Shown here: positions 43,740 to 56,159 of the stretch, one piece after another
Layout: every line of letters starts with the position of its first letter
How positions within the stretch are numbered: position 1 is the stretch's first letter
NCBI RefSeq assembly: GCF_011745625.1
Contig: NW_027191509.1
Span: 1-64,000, forward strand
Length of the DNA stretch: 64,000 bases
Direction of reading: 5' to 3'
Source: Cladosporium halotolerans
Lineage: Eukaryota
The notes under the pieces: generated by a model
What the model saw: only the letters and a program-made list of their open reading frames with translations
Told to the model about the DNA's origin: nothing
Databases searched by the model: none
Translations under genes and position numbers: made by a program

Positions 43740-46397
43740 TCACCTGTGAACATCAACGATCCTACCAACAAACCCATCAAGGGCCGCAACACCCTTCTGT
43801 CCCCTCTCTTGCCCACCCAACAGACCCGGTCCGCCACCGGGCATAATCAAGACCTGATCACCAACAAGCACGAACTCTCTAGACGAGTCGAAACTGAAAG
43901 TGACCAGCAAGCTCTTAGTCGTCACAGCGCCTGCCACAGAGGGCTTCTCATTCGCTCCATCAGCCGATTCCAAATGGCCGCCGTCAAAAGCGAAAGTATC
44001 CTCGTGCTCAACACCCCTGCGAGCAGAATCGGACCCCGCTTCCGCGCCATCTGAGCCATCGCCGTCGGGAGCGCGAGCCGATACGACCTTTGCAGACGCG
44101 CGGACGCTAGCGATGTAGGCGACGACGTGGTTTCCAACGGCCAGAGACGCCAGATCTTCCCTCTTGAACTCCGCCACGAACGAGCGCGCCGAGAAGGGCT
44201 GGACGGCGGCTAGGACCATGCCTTTCCTGATGCGGGTAGAAGCGGCGGCGATGGAAGCGGATATGTCCGGTTTCGCGTGGTCCTCGAAGACGATCGCGAG
44301 CGTGCCGACCTGGTCGGGGTGCAGGGCAGCCACTGGCAAGCGAAGATTGCGGATGCTTGTGACTTTCACCCGCTTCCACTCTTGGCCGGGAAGCTGAAAG
44401 CGCGAGGATCGGAGATTCAGGTCGCGTAAGGCGCCAGGGAAAGAGCGGGACGCTGGCAGGTGGTTCGATGACCTCCTCATTGGGCGCTCGTCTGAGTCTT
44501 CTGAATCCTCATACTCGTGATGGGTGGAGAACGGACCCAAGACTAGAGTGTCGCCGACGGCGATTTGACCACGTCGTAAGCGACCTGAAACTATCACGCC
44601 TTCGATATCGGCAGGCTTTGTGTATGTGTCCTCTATGTGAAAGATGCTGGATGACGATGCGTTGCTTGCGGGGGCGGAAGCTGGAATGGGAAGCTCGTGG
44701 AGAAGAGCATGCAGATTGCTGATACCTGAGCCTTGCAGGGCGCTCGTGAGCACGATAGGGACAGTCGCAGTTGGGTCATTCAATAGTGGAACGGCTGTGT
44801 TGTAGGCCTTATCGAGTATCTCGTTCGTAATCGTGCCAAGCTCCTCTTCTGCAACGAAGCCTGGGGCATTCGGTAGGATCGCAGGCTTCCGCCCAGCGGC
44901 TTTTAATGCGTCAAGAATCTTACTCAAGGTTCCTTTGAGTCCATTGCGGGACGCCAGATCCAGTTTCGTGATAACCACGACCAAAGGTAAGCCAAGCCTC
45001 AGGCATAGATCGAGTTGAGCGCCAGAGAGGTCCAATTCGGGCACTGATGTCGGGACTGTTTGCTGGGGTGAGGTACCGGTGACGGTCTTCGAGGCCGCAT
45101 CTTCTGTATCATCCGCCGAGACGCAGATCAGCGTCCAATGCGGCGCCCATCCCACAAGACCTCGAACAGTTGTTCTCCGATACCGAGGGTGCCCTGCGGA
45201 GTCTGAAACGAACACCAATCGACTACCAGCGGCCGCAGCGTGGACGTCTATCCAAGATGCGATGTTGTCTGTTGCGTAATTCACGACTTCAACATCACTG
45301 CCAGAATCTTGATAACCGAATAGTTCCTGCGTCACAGAGCTAGTGACTCCGGAGGTGATTTCATGCCGGTGCTTAAGCATGCTCAACCTGCTACTTCCTC
45401 GACCATTATCAAGCGTGGATGTTGTGAGGGTTCCCAACAGAGTCGACTTGCCAGACATGGTGGGGCCCGTCAGCGTGATGCGCAGCTGCTCTGTGCCTGT
45501 CGAAGGAACGCTGAGTTCTTCCGAACCTTTTGCTGGTGTATGTTTCGTCTGGGGAGATTCGTCTGGTATCGGAGAAGTTTTGCCTTGCAGGCAAGGCGTC
45601 ACTTGAGCTTCGGCGACATAAAGCTTCCCAGACCTGACAGAACCATTCCCGTTCTCCTCGACCCATTCACACTCTCCCACAACTTCGGAGCGCAGCACGT
45701 CCACCTTACAGCCCAAGCAAGCAGCCATGGCTCGCAGGTTGTTCAAGCTTTCTTGCATCTCATCTTCAGCCAACCCCACAAGCGTTCCATCGTCCGAGAC
45801 TCCAATCTCATAAAGCGCCCCTTGACTTTCCTCCAGCCCATGTAGAAGTCTGGCGGGTTGTTGCGGTGCTCGTAGTTCCGGAAGGGCCTCTGGTAATGAC
45901 GGGAGAATGATATTCGTAGCCGACGAAGTGTGGTGCGGCGAAGACTGTTGTAATCGCCATAGCAGTTGCGTGGTCAACTGTTCAAGACGAAGCTGTCGTG
46001 TCTGGTTCGTCAACTGGGCTGTCGCCGACGGACTTCCAGCTTCCGCCGCCGCCGGCTCGGAAGTCATTCGAGCGTGCGAAGGGGCGGTTCGTTTGGGACG
46101 TTTTGAGCCCCCAACAAAAGCAGAAGTGCTCGTTGCTTTGAATTTCCGGCGTGGTCTCAGAAGCAGATGGAGCTTGTACTCTACTGGGCCTTCCTGCGGT
46201 TCTGCCTCTAAGCGCATGACCTGCCCTGGCGTGCTACTGCCACTCGCACTGCCAGATGTATCTAGAGAACCGGAGGCCTTCCCATTCTGCGGGGTCTGAG
46301 GTGCTGTGGAAGGCGAGCCAGACTGGCCTACCTGAACGCCCTGCCAGGGCGAGGCAACCCTGGGAGGGTCAGGCTCGAACGTAAAGATCGAGGCCAT
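43740..46397 (-). CDS. GTPBP1/GTPBP2-like translational GTPase (fungal divergent type), ~885 aa
   Basis: EPQEGPVEYKL, QLLWRL...GALYEIGVSDDG, P-loop GPTMSGKSTLLG, HRHEITSGVTSS, DSAGHPRYRRTT, VITKLD, TSA, followed by EF-Tu-like beta-barrels. Confidence 0.87.
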   Translation of the reverse strand: MASIFTFEPDPPRVASPWQGVQVGQSGSPSTAPQTPQNGKASGSLDTSGSASGSSTPGQVMRLEAEPQEGPVEYKLHLLLRPRRKFKATSTSAFVGGSKRPKRTAPSHARMTSEPAAAEAGSPSATAQLTNQTRQLRLEQLTTQLLWRLQQSSPHHTSSATNIILPSLPEALPELRAPQQPARLLHGLEESQGALYEIGVSDDGTLVGLAEDEMQESLNNLRAMAACLGCKVDVLRSEVVGECEWVEENGNGSVRSGKLYVAEAQVTPCLQGKTSPIPDESPQTKHTPAKGSEELSVPSTGTEQLRITLTGPTMSGKSTLLGTLTTSTLDNGRGSSRLSMLKHRHEITSGVTSSVTQELFGYQDSGSDVEVVNYATDNIASWIDVHAAAAGSRLVFVSDSAGHPRYRRTTVRGLVGWAPHWTLICVSADDTEDAASKTVTGTSPQQTVPTSVPELDLSGAQLDLCLRLGLPLVVVITKLDLASRNGLKGTLSKILDALKAAGRKPAILPNAPGFVAEEELGTITNEILDKAYNTAVPLLNDPTATVPIVLTSALQGSGISNLHALLHELPIPASAPASNASSSSIFHIEDTYTKPADIEGVIVSGRLRRGQIAVGDTLVLGPFSTHHEYEDSEDSDERPMRRSSNHLPASRSFPGALRDLNLRSSRFQLPGQEWKRVKVTSIRNLRLPVAALHPDQVGTLAIVFEDHAKPDISASIAAASTRIRKGMVLAAVQPFSARSFVAEFKREDLASLAVGNHVVAYIASVRASAKVVSARAPDGDGSDGAEAGSDSARRGVEHEDTFAFDGGHLESADGANEKPSVAGAVTTKSLLVTFSFDSSREFVLVGDQVLIMPGGGPGLLGGQERGQKGVAALDGFVGRIVDVHR

Positions 46398-49300
46398 ACT
46401 TTGCGGAGGTAACAAGCAGTCGAGGAGGCTGCGCGATGTCTGAATCCTCCTCAAACGGAATCTATCAATGACTGGGATGACTCTTGAACCACATTCACCG
46501 GAGGCCTGAGCTCCAAAGTCTCGACTTGTACAATAGCAAACTTTCCGCCAACACTTCAGTTCATCTCTTTACTCGTAGCACTCTCTCTTGTATGGTATTT
46601 GGAGGAATCGAAGTGGTATGGGAATGGGAATGGTAGGTGCTAAAGCGTCGAGTCGATGACCGGAACATTGTGGCTAAGGGTGCGTTCGGTTGTGTAGGTG
46701 TGTGTATACAGGGTCGAAGCGTTTGCTATCCACAGCATATAGCTGCTGAGATCAGACAGAGGCCTTCATCGTGCGGGAGTCTTGGAGGGACACAAAAAAC
46801 GATCGCTGGTGTACACAGTATGACGCACGTCGTTGGCCGTCTGGCGTCAGGCTTCGGGTGAAGTCACGAAGCCAGCTTCGTCACGTGACCGGTGAGTCCT
46901 GCTGCTTCGCGAACGCCCGAGCCGCTCCACAAATCTCCATCGGCCGCTGGCAAGTGGGCCCGGCCGCTTTGGGGGCGCGCAACGCGCTGACACGACCCGC
47001 CTGCTGGCGTATCTGCGGGTGCGTAGATTCCAAGCAACGGTCTCGTCGCCGTCAGCGCCACAAGCGAGCAGTTGAATGGGCGAAGTTGCAGCGGCGGGCG
47101 CTAATGCCATTCATCACAACTGGCTCTTGTGCACGAGCGCGATCTCGAGATGGACAGGGCGATACGGATTGAAAGCAGTTAGAGCCGAGCGATGTCGACA
47201 GCGTCCACGAGGGCGTCCGCCGTCGTCACTAGCAAGCCACGCCAGAGCCGCCTCCAAAGCCAGCCTCACACTGAAATAATCCTTCAACAGGAAGGATGCC
47301 GCCTAGCGCCGGCACGCGACGGCTGAGGGATTCACGGGGATTCAGCAGGATGAAGAAGGCCTGGGAGGGAGGAAGACGAGCCGCCGACCGCACGCGCCCT
47401 GCCGCCGCTCCATCCGAACATCCTCATCGACGACATGCTGGCCTTGCAGATCTTCCACCGGGCATCCCAAACTTCGCACCCACCGCCGTCCCACGCGATT
47501 AGGGCAAGGCAGGGCACACGGCAGAGCAGACGGAGAACGCCGAGCGTGCGGCATGGGGACCAACCTTGCATCTTGCATACGGCACGCGCTTGGCGCTGGC
47601 AGGCGGATCACCGCCTTGTCATGTTTCGCTCGCTCGCCAAACGGCGGCAGGGAGCGAGGAGAGGCCAGAAATTCTCCGCTCGGGCACCAATCGCGTCGCT
47701 GGGCGAGTCTCACCTAATACCTTCATTCGCCCACGGGCACACCGTCCACGCTCGTGACCCAGCGCTCGCCTAAATCGTGCAGCGACGTGGCACAGTCGCT
47801 CGCGCTGCTGGCAGCTCCGAGCCTCACGTGCGAAAGAGCAACCGATCAAATGACGCCTGCGCATCGAAGCACTGCCATCAACAATGTTACATCGCGGTAG
47901 TCCAGGGCTCCAATCAGATCGATCGAAGATGACCAAAAACCACCATTTCTTAATCATCCACACCTCGAATCCTCCCAAGGAACGATCGTCGCCGCACGCA
48001 GCCCGCCGCGTTACTTTCCGCCCTGAAGGCTGAAGGAGCAGCAAACAGCAGCCAACCTTGATGATCCACCAAGCAGCCGCCATCCTTCATCCGGAGAAAG
48101 TCGCGAAGGGAAACACCAACGCCCAAATGAGAGCAAAAACGCACAAGCTCAGCACTTGCCCAAAGCAACCTAACTCGCCGCCCGCCCCACCACGCCGCAA
48201 AGCAAAAAAGCGCTGACCACAGAACCGCAAAAAAAGCAAAACGCCAAAGCCCGCCGTTCCAAAACGCTGCCGCAGGCCCGCAGCCGCTAGCTCCAACGGC
48301 GGACTCGCCGCCCTGCGTCCAATCACACGCCCGCCATCCCGAGCTGCCTGTCAGCCGCGCGCGACGGCAGGCAAAAGGCACCCCGTCATCTCACCGGACA
48401 GACCCCAAGCGCAGCAGCAGCAGCAGCAGCCAAAGCCCGGAGCCGGCGCAATTCCCCTCCGATCTTACGGACCGGGGGTGGCAGAGGGGGCGTCGGAGGG
48501 GCTCCTGGTTCCTGGGCGAGCTAATGTACGCTCTGCGTGCGCGGGCTTGACGCCCTGCCTGCCTGCCTGCCTGCCTGCGGCGCGGATCCTTGCAAAGCGA
48601 GCTTGCGTCAGTTCAGGGTGTTCGGAGCCGCTGGCTGAGGGAGGGCGCTGGCGTTGTGAAGACGGGAGGATTGGACGGGCGGAGGGGGAGGGATTTGTTG
48701 GTGGCTGATCTTGCGCGGGCGTGTCGGTGGTTCCCCGAATTAGGGGCTTTGTGCAGAGTCGCAGACTGTGCTGTATTGAGATGTTGGACGGTTCGCGCGC
48801 GGATCTATTGGCAGGGCCAAATGACGATGCGCGCAGACGCGCGCAAAGCAAAGCACAGTAGTAACAGCGCGCTCGTACGGCGATTGCCGCAACGCGAGCG
48901 CGACCGACGTCGAGCGTCGAGCGACGTCGACACAACCTTCGAAGCCAGCGACCGTTTCGCCGCCGCTAATAACTCTCTGGAAGTCATCACGGCACTCGCG
49001 GTAGAAAGAGCACCAGCCAGAGCCGTTGGAGATTTTTAGATTTTTGCTAAAAAAGCTGCTACAGTACACTACTACACAGGTACACTAACCGCCCCCCGGA
49101 TTCCCCTTCCTGGGCGCCAAATCTGCACACCACACGTCCGCCGATCGCGGGAGGACCGCCCACCCTTAGACTTCCGCCCTAGTGCCGCTGGCGCGCTTCG
49201 GAGTGCCCGAGACTACTGGGTAGCTGTACCTTACTCACTACTCGCAGGCGCAGAAGCACCGCGACTCTAGCCTCCGGCCGACGAGACCGCAGGCGAGTTG

Positions 49301-50047
49301 CGGGTGGGTGAGGGGAAGGGCGAGAGAGGGGAGAGGCATGATTCGCAGAGCAGAGCCGTGGGGTCTTTCTGGGACCGCGAGGAATAATAATAATGGCGAA
49401 TTGTGATAACAATTTCCTCGCTCGGGGGCAGCCGCGCCGGGCCAGCGCAGCGCCGCGCAGGAATCGAAGGATTTTGCGCGCGCGCGCGGGTATCGCGCCA
49501 ATAATCCGTCGTGCACCAGCAAGTAGCACCGAGCGTCTTTCGTGCGTGGACGTCGGTCGGTCAGTCACGTCGGCCCTTCGAATCTTGCCATCTGGTCGGG
49601 TTTTCGGGCGCACACAGCTGCTCGCAGCAAGCAAGCGAGCGAGCGTGCTCGGCTTTTTTTGCGACGCGCCGGCGGTTCAGCGCGAGTAGTAGTGGTGTGC
49701 AGTTGCCTCTCTTAGGCGAGGGCTTTGGGTTGCTCGTGGGTCCGTTTCTTGGCCGCGTAGCTGCCCTCGGCTGGGGCCACGTGAGGGGGAGAGGAGCTGG
49801 CGCCGAAGTGTCAATTTCTTTTTGTGTTCCGAGGGTAACTGACTGACTGGCTGGAGCCGTCGTCGAGTGCCGAGTTGCGGGCTTGTTCCGCGGAATGAAG
49901 CTGCCTCGTAGCGATCAATCAATCACTAGTGATACTGCTGCTGCTGCTCGCGCGCGCAGTTGTTGCCGGCCTCGTGAGAATGGTAAATTGTAAAATGGTC
50001 GTAAAATCATCGAAGTGGAGAATCCCAGCAGGCGAGGCGTGGCTCTC

Positions 50048-51427
50048 TCACGCCTGTTCCTCCGAGTCGCGGCGCGTCTTGGTGCACTTGTCGTGCAGCA
50101 CGTGGCCGTTGCGTGCTGTCGTGCGCGTGAACTCGGCATTGCACTTCGGGCAGTAGGACTTCGACGCCGTGCCTGATTTCTCACGCTGGTGTCGCAGGAG
50201 GTTGCTGAAGGTCGAGAATTGGCGGCCGTTGCACCCGTGCTCCCAGCATTGGGGCTTCGGGCGTTGGTTGAGCACGCGCATGGAGGCGGAGTCCGATTTG
50301 GGCATGTCGCTGGGCATGGAGCCCGGGTAGCTGCTATGGCTGGGAGGGTAGAGCGGTGCGCTGGTTGGAGGCTGAGGGTAGAGGGGATTCTCGTATGGGT
50401 TTTGGGATCTGATGATGGTGTCAGGCGTTGTTTCGAGGGGTTCGAACGAACTGGGAGGTACGAACCTGGGGATGCTCTGGCTGTAACCGCCCATCATGCC
50501 GGACGGGCTATGGCCGATGGGAGGAGACGAAAGGGCGCCCTGTGTGAGGCCGCTGATCGGAGGGATCGTTTGGCCGGAACCCATCGAATACTCGGACCCA
50601 GGAACCGAGCCGTATGGGCTGCTAATGCGGCGGTAGCTCGAACTGTACGAGGAGTCGGCGCTGCTGGTCGAAGGCGCGTCAGGGCGTCTGCTGGCGAGCG
50701 GTGCGGGCGCTGGCCGGCTCTGGTAGAGAGCCGGGCTCGAGGAGATCGTCTGATTGAAGGCAGGGGGTCCGCTCGCTGGTGCTGAGCGCATGGGCGGGAA
50801 GCTCTGGTCGACATCTGTGACGCGTTAGCGATCGATTGCATCGTTTTGGTTCGACGGAGGGGTCAACTTACGGTTCGATTCCGACTCGTAGAGGCTGCCG
50901 CCATACTGCGAGGGCAGAAGAAAGCCGAGGGAACTGTTTCCGCGTTAGTAAACGTGCTCAGAACGTGGTCGACAGGTGCAGTCAGCGTACCTCATCTCGT
51001 TGCTGGCCGTCGAGGGTTGTCCGAATCCGTAGTTTTGCGTCGAGCCGGCACCAGAAGTCGAAGGTTCTTGTTTGGCGTCGATCGAGACGGGTGGTACACC
51101 AGAGTCGGACCTGGGAGGAGTCGGCACGACCCACTGAGGAAACGGTTCGGTCGTCGAGGTCGAATTTGGGAACAAATGCGGTTGCGGAGACTGCTGGGGA
51201 GTGATCCACTGGAGTCCAGACGAGGTGAGGGAGGATGGATTGAAGTCCGGGGTCGAGTAGGGGCCGAGGGCGTGCTGGATTCGATCGGTCTGGGCAGCGG
51301 AGAAGTGCGAGGGCGACGAGCTCTTCTTACGGATGCCTGAGTAGATCGTCTGCGAGTGGACGGACAGGCTGCTGTCGGTGCGAGAGCGGAAGTGGGTAGG
51401 CGAGGCCTGGCGGATGGGTGAGTCCAT
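50048..51427 (-). CDS. C2H2/C2HC zinc-finger transcription factor, ~402 aa; exons 51427-50991, 50933-50872, 50814-50466, 50408-50048
   Basis: C-terminal [26 protein letters not shown]...[23 protein letters not shown] and an S/P/Q-rich N-terminus. Introns 1 and 2 (GT...CTAAC...CAG) are required to keep the frame; intron 3 is in frame and less certain. Confidence 0.85.
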
Positions 51428-54400
51428 AGTTCATGCAAGCAAGGCAAGCGACGTGCGGCGTAGTGACCGAGGCGAGGGTGTGTTGGTGGAGAGGAGGATG
51501 ATGGAGGAGCGGGATGGGCTGAGAGCAGGCGGTGGTGTCTTACAAGAAGTGACAAGAGCGGAGCGGACTCGAGCGAGAGGGCCGGTGGTAAGTATGATAT
51601 AGCGGATGGTGGAGGAGTCGCGGCAACGTCAAAGCATGGAGAGCAGGGACCCGGCGTTAGAGTGTCTGGTCGCTTTTAGCAGCGTCGCCTGCGCCCCGGG
51701 CTGCCAGAGGTGTGTTATAAGGTACGCCCACATACCAACACCATGCTACGCGCGAGGGGGCTAGCGGATTGGTGCTAGGCGGGCGGAGGATGCAGACCCC
51801 TGCCCTCATCTCGACAGCGTGCGGGCCAGGATGCCGAAGCGTGGTGCGTCTAGTGCCTCACGAGTGCCCAGCGTGCCAGCGCCGCTCGGGGGAGGCGCGC
51901 CAGAGTCAGGCAGGCATCGCCGCGCCTGAGGCCTGAGCGTGCTCACTGCTGCTGAGTCCTCCCGCCAGATGGTGCGCGCCGGCTCATGCCTGCCCTCTGC
52001 CGTCCCTGCCCTGCCGTCCGAGCGCGCGCGACACCACACCCGCCCTCGCGTCCACCCTGCCGCTGTACGCTGTACTGTATCGCTGTGTGCGGCGGTGGAG
52101 AGCGCGCAGGTAGGTACCGTGCGGGACACCTTTCATAATTCCCCCGAACCCACCGGCCTACGAGCCTGCGACCCGCGCGCGCCCCGGTAATGAGCATCGC
52201 CCTCCGCAGCAATCATGACAATCGTCTTCACTTCACGCCTCCTCACGCCCTACCGCACCCTGCTACGCCCGGCCGTGCCACGCCGTCCGGCGATCGTCTT
52301 CAGCTGCCTCAGCCCCGCCGGCCAGCCCATACCGCAGACAGCACGGTGGCGCGCTCGCGCAACGCACGCTGGCTGCTGGCCTTACCCCCGGGCATCGCCC
52401 GCCCGCTCGCGTGTCGCCGCGGACATGTCACGTTACATGGCACAGCCAGCAGCTGGACGATCGCGTCTGACATGGCCGCGGACATCATCAGGTACACGCC
52501 TCGCTGCGGTAGCGGCGATCGCAGCGCTGGCGCGGTACGTCATGCGGCCGTTTGGCTGGTGGCAGCGGCGGAAGAATAAGGTGTCGCAGGCATGCAGCTG
52601 AACCAGGCGCTGCAGACTGCGGCGGGCGATCAGGCCGCGGGCAGGCTATTCATAGCGCGTGCGCGCCGCGTGACAGGCGGGCCGCCAAGGGCCTCCTCCT
52701 CGTGTCTGTGAGCAATTGAAGAGGCCGGCGGGCGGACGTTCGCCGGGCGCGTCTGCGACTCCACCTTGCCGCGGCGTGGGCACGGTAGGCTCGACGTCGA
52801 CGCGCTGCCGGGGCGGGCCCAGCGACCATCGTCGCTTGCGCAAAGGCTAATCAGCACTAGCCTTCGGCACCTGCCATGGGCCTGCGCCGGCGAGGGCAAG
52901 GGCTGCCGCCCCTGGGCCGGAGGAGTGACACCGCGCGCGCGCAGGATGATCAAGGACAACGCCTCCCGCCCGCCGGCCCTCCGCCATAACGGCTTTGGCT
53001 GCCGCGGCGGTTTGCGTGCGACGGCGTGGCGAGCGCCCACGGCCACTCGCAGGCGTATGGAGCGCTACGAGGCACGACGCCGACACACACGACACACGCC
53101 CGCACGCACGGCGGCGCACGCGCTGCCGGCCAAGCACGCCCTCGTGGAGCCATGCGCTTCAGCCTCAGCCCTGCGTGCCGGCGCCGCGACAGACGGCAGC
53201 AGGGCAGCAGTCCGAATGCGACCTGCGCCTGAGGCCTGCCACCAGGCTGGCTGGCTGCCACCCGCCGGCCGGCCTGGCGCAGATCATTGCCCGGGCTCGC
53301 GTGCTGAAGCGAGCGCAGCACCGCTCGTGTGCATCGCTGCATCGCTGCATCGCACAGCGTCGGCGAGCGCCCGCAGCGCCCGCCATTGGCGAGCCATTAT
53401 CGAGGACGGCGGACGGCGGCCTAGCGACGACGCTGCTGCTCGCCGGCGGCCTCCGCCCCCTCGAGCCCCTCTCGCGCACGCCGCTGCGAGACACACACCG
53501 GTCTGTGGGTTCCACGCGCGCGCTGCTAGTGGGTGCTAGCACACGCATCCGTCTGCACTGCGCTGTAGTCTGCACATAGTCTGGTCTGGAGGGGCGCGCC
53601 GCACACCACTCGCCTGCATCGCCCGGCGGCCGCCACACCGGTGACCGGCCGCACCCCACAGCGCGATCCCTGAAATCCTTCCGCGATCCCAGGAGGATGA
53701 GGCTGACGATGGGGCGCCGCCTGACTCGCCGCGCCGTTAGTCATCCTGGCGCGCGAATTGGCGGCGGATGGCGACACGCCCCGCCTGCCTCAGGCGCAAG
53801 CCACAACGCCTTGGCGCGCCCGTGCCGTCCGCGCGCGCAAGGCCAAGGTGGCCCCCTGGCGCGCTCATCGTCGTTGCAGCAGCCGGGCGAGTGCGACGTG
53901 GGCTGCCACTAGGTGAGGACTGCCGCTCACTGCTGCCTCTGCGATCTGCCCGGCGCTGTGGGCGTTCAGCTGCTGTGCATGTGCCTGCTCAGCGCTGGAC
54001 AGCCTGGAGGCACCTCACATACTTACTGTACACGCCTTGCGGCTCCGGCTCGCCAGCATGCACGCCGTCGGAGTCGGACGGTCGGCCTGCAGTCTTACCT
54101 CACCGCCGCCGACCTGTCATCGCCAGCTCTGCCCGCCGCCGCTGGCCTGTCATCGCCGCGCTTGCGGCGGTGTCTCTTCGCCCATGCATTAATCGTTTCA
54201 GTTGCGTGCACAACCCCAACCTGGCAATCCCCCGACGCCCACGACTAGCACTTCTAGCATGCGCGCGTGGGCGCTGCCGCAGGCGAGTCCGACGGCCCTG
54301 CTCTGCCCGCGCCGGCGTAGCGTCGCGCTGAATGCCTTTCCAGGCATCTGTCCTGTCGCCTGGAGTCGTGCGGTGGCGCCCTTCGTCTCCGGCCTGTCGA

Positions 54401-55947
54401 AGGATCGACAAGCGTGAACGGTCGTTTACGAGCAGATACGGCAGTGATCAGCGCCCTTCCCCGACGCGGCCTTCACGGCCAAATGTCGCCGGCTCCAAAT
54501 CGTGTCGGAGAACACCGCTGGCCCTTCCCCACCCGCGCCTGGAACAAACCCACTCTTTCCGACTTCCGGTCAACAACTTCGGCGCATCTCTATCGCGCTC
54601 GCAGAATTGACAGCTCGCAAATGGCTGCGACAGGCTACGCCGGTAGTGCGCGGTGGCATCACCGACCGCACGACTCACCTACCTCTGCAAACTTGGTAAG
54701 CTACGCAGGCCGGCGTTTGTGAGTTCTGCTTACATCCTGAAAACCGGGCGAGGCAATATTCGAGCATCCACATCGAGCGTCAATCTTGGCTCCCAATCTA
54801 AACGACGGTAATCACCAGGCGCCATGATCTCGTCAACCACGATCTCCAGGCGTGTCTGAATCAGCACTGCGGGCCTCGACTCAGCCGCACGAGTAGCACC
54901 GCCCTGCCCTGCCCTGCCCATTATCGTTCTCCCCATCGAACCGCCTCCACCTCGCGGCGCTTTGATAACGGGGCCGACCTTGCTCATTCGCTTCGTGATG
55001 CCTACCTAGGCAATGCTCAGAAGTCCAGCCCGGCGACCAGCTCCGTGCAAGGCGCCAGCTTGCAATCCTCCCCAATCCTCCCAGGGGGCGAAAGGCGCGA
55101 AGGCGCCAATCCTCACGGATCCATCCCTCGATCCCTTCATTCCCTCCGGCGCGCGTCATGCCAGCAAGGAAGGAAGGAAGGAAGGAAGACTCGAAACGCA
55201 GGAACCGGCTTCGCCGTCGTCATTTCCTCGTTCCCTCTCCGCGCCGCGTGCCGGCTTGGGCAGGCTGGACCTTCATTTCGTATGACGGGACGTCGAAGGC
55301 GTTCACTTTTAGGTCTATCGAGCCACACCGTACGGCTCGCAGCGTCGTTGCATCAGCTCAGCCGCTTCGTTTCCTTTCGTTCCGCTTCGTACACATTGCT
55401 TACACACTGTGCATCTCCTCGTGTTTGCTGTCAACATCGTAAGACGTTAGATGCACCTCTATTTGGAATCCCGACCACATCACATCAGGCTTAAAAGGTA
55501 ATGTCGCTTGATACACACGGGCGAAGCGAACACGCGCAGCACGTGCCGTCCGCTCGCGTGCGCTTCGTTCAGCTCGTTCAAGGAACGTTGTGAAGAAACG
55601 AGCAACAGGCGCTTTGCCTGCCGGCCGCGTAGCCGCGTAGGCAGTTGATAGTCGGGGCGCGAACGCCACGGATTCTTCCTTGCCACTTGCGGCACGGTTA
55701 ATCTAGAATGTGCGCGGGCGGGACGTGAGGATGCCGGCTCCAGATGGCGCTGGAGCCATGACGATGCTGTGGGATGGGAGGGAGGGAGGGGAGACGTCAG
55801 GTGCCGGGTTCGCATACTACCGGGTTTGAGCGGTTGGTGGTTTTGTGGGCTTGGGTGAGGGTGATTATTGGCCTTTGACGACGTGCGCGTGAGGGTTGTC
55901 GATACTGAGGACGCACTCTGGTTCCGTTGGACGTATCGTCGCAGCAA

Positions 55948-56159
55948 GTGAGCATGCAGGCCGCCCGCAGCGCTTGAGAGTAAGATGGCGCGCAGAATGG
56001 TCGACTCGCAGTAGGTACTGAAATTGGAAGTATGCTCGAGATGAGACTACGCCGCCCATAGCGAAACAACACTGGACATGCCGAGGGACGTGAGCAACGA
56101 CGCCTGCAGCGCGCCTGAGAGTAAGATGCCACGCCACAATGGCCAACTCGCAGTAGGTA
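55948..56159 (+). repeat. Degenerate ~70-bp direct repeat, copies ~142 bp apart
   Basis: gtgagca...gcagcgc..tgagagtaagatg....aatgg.c.actcgcagtaggta at 55948-56017 and 56090-56159. Confidence 0.8.

Noticed and set aside
47950..48381. 143-aa hydrophobic minus-strand ORF and U-rich segment reminiscent of a telomerase RNA pseudoknot
   Set aside because: The ORF has a non-ATG start and reflects G/T-rich composition. No TAACCCTAA-type template was found nearby on either strand.
52190..54720. Numerous 100-257 aa ORFs upstream of the C2H2 gene
   Set aside because: Ala/Arg/Pro-rich, open in several frames at once, with no recognisable domain or coherent splice pattern.
55948..56159. CRISPR-like repeat-spacer-repeat
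   Set aside because: Only two degenerate ~70-bp copies, eukaryotic context, no cas genes.
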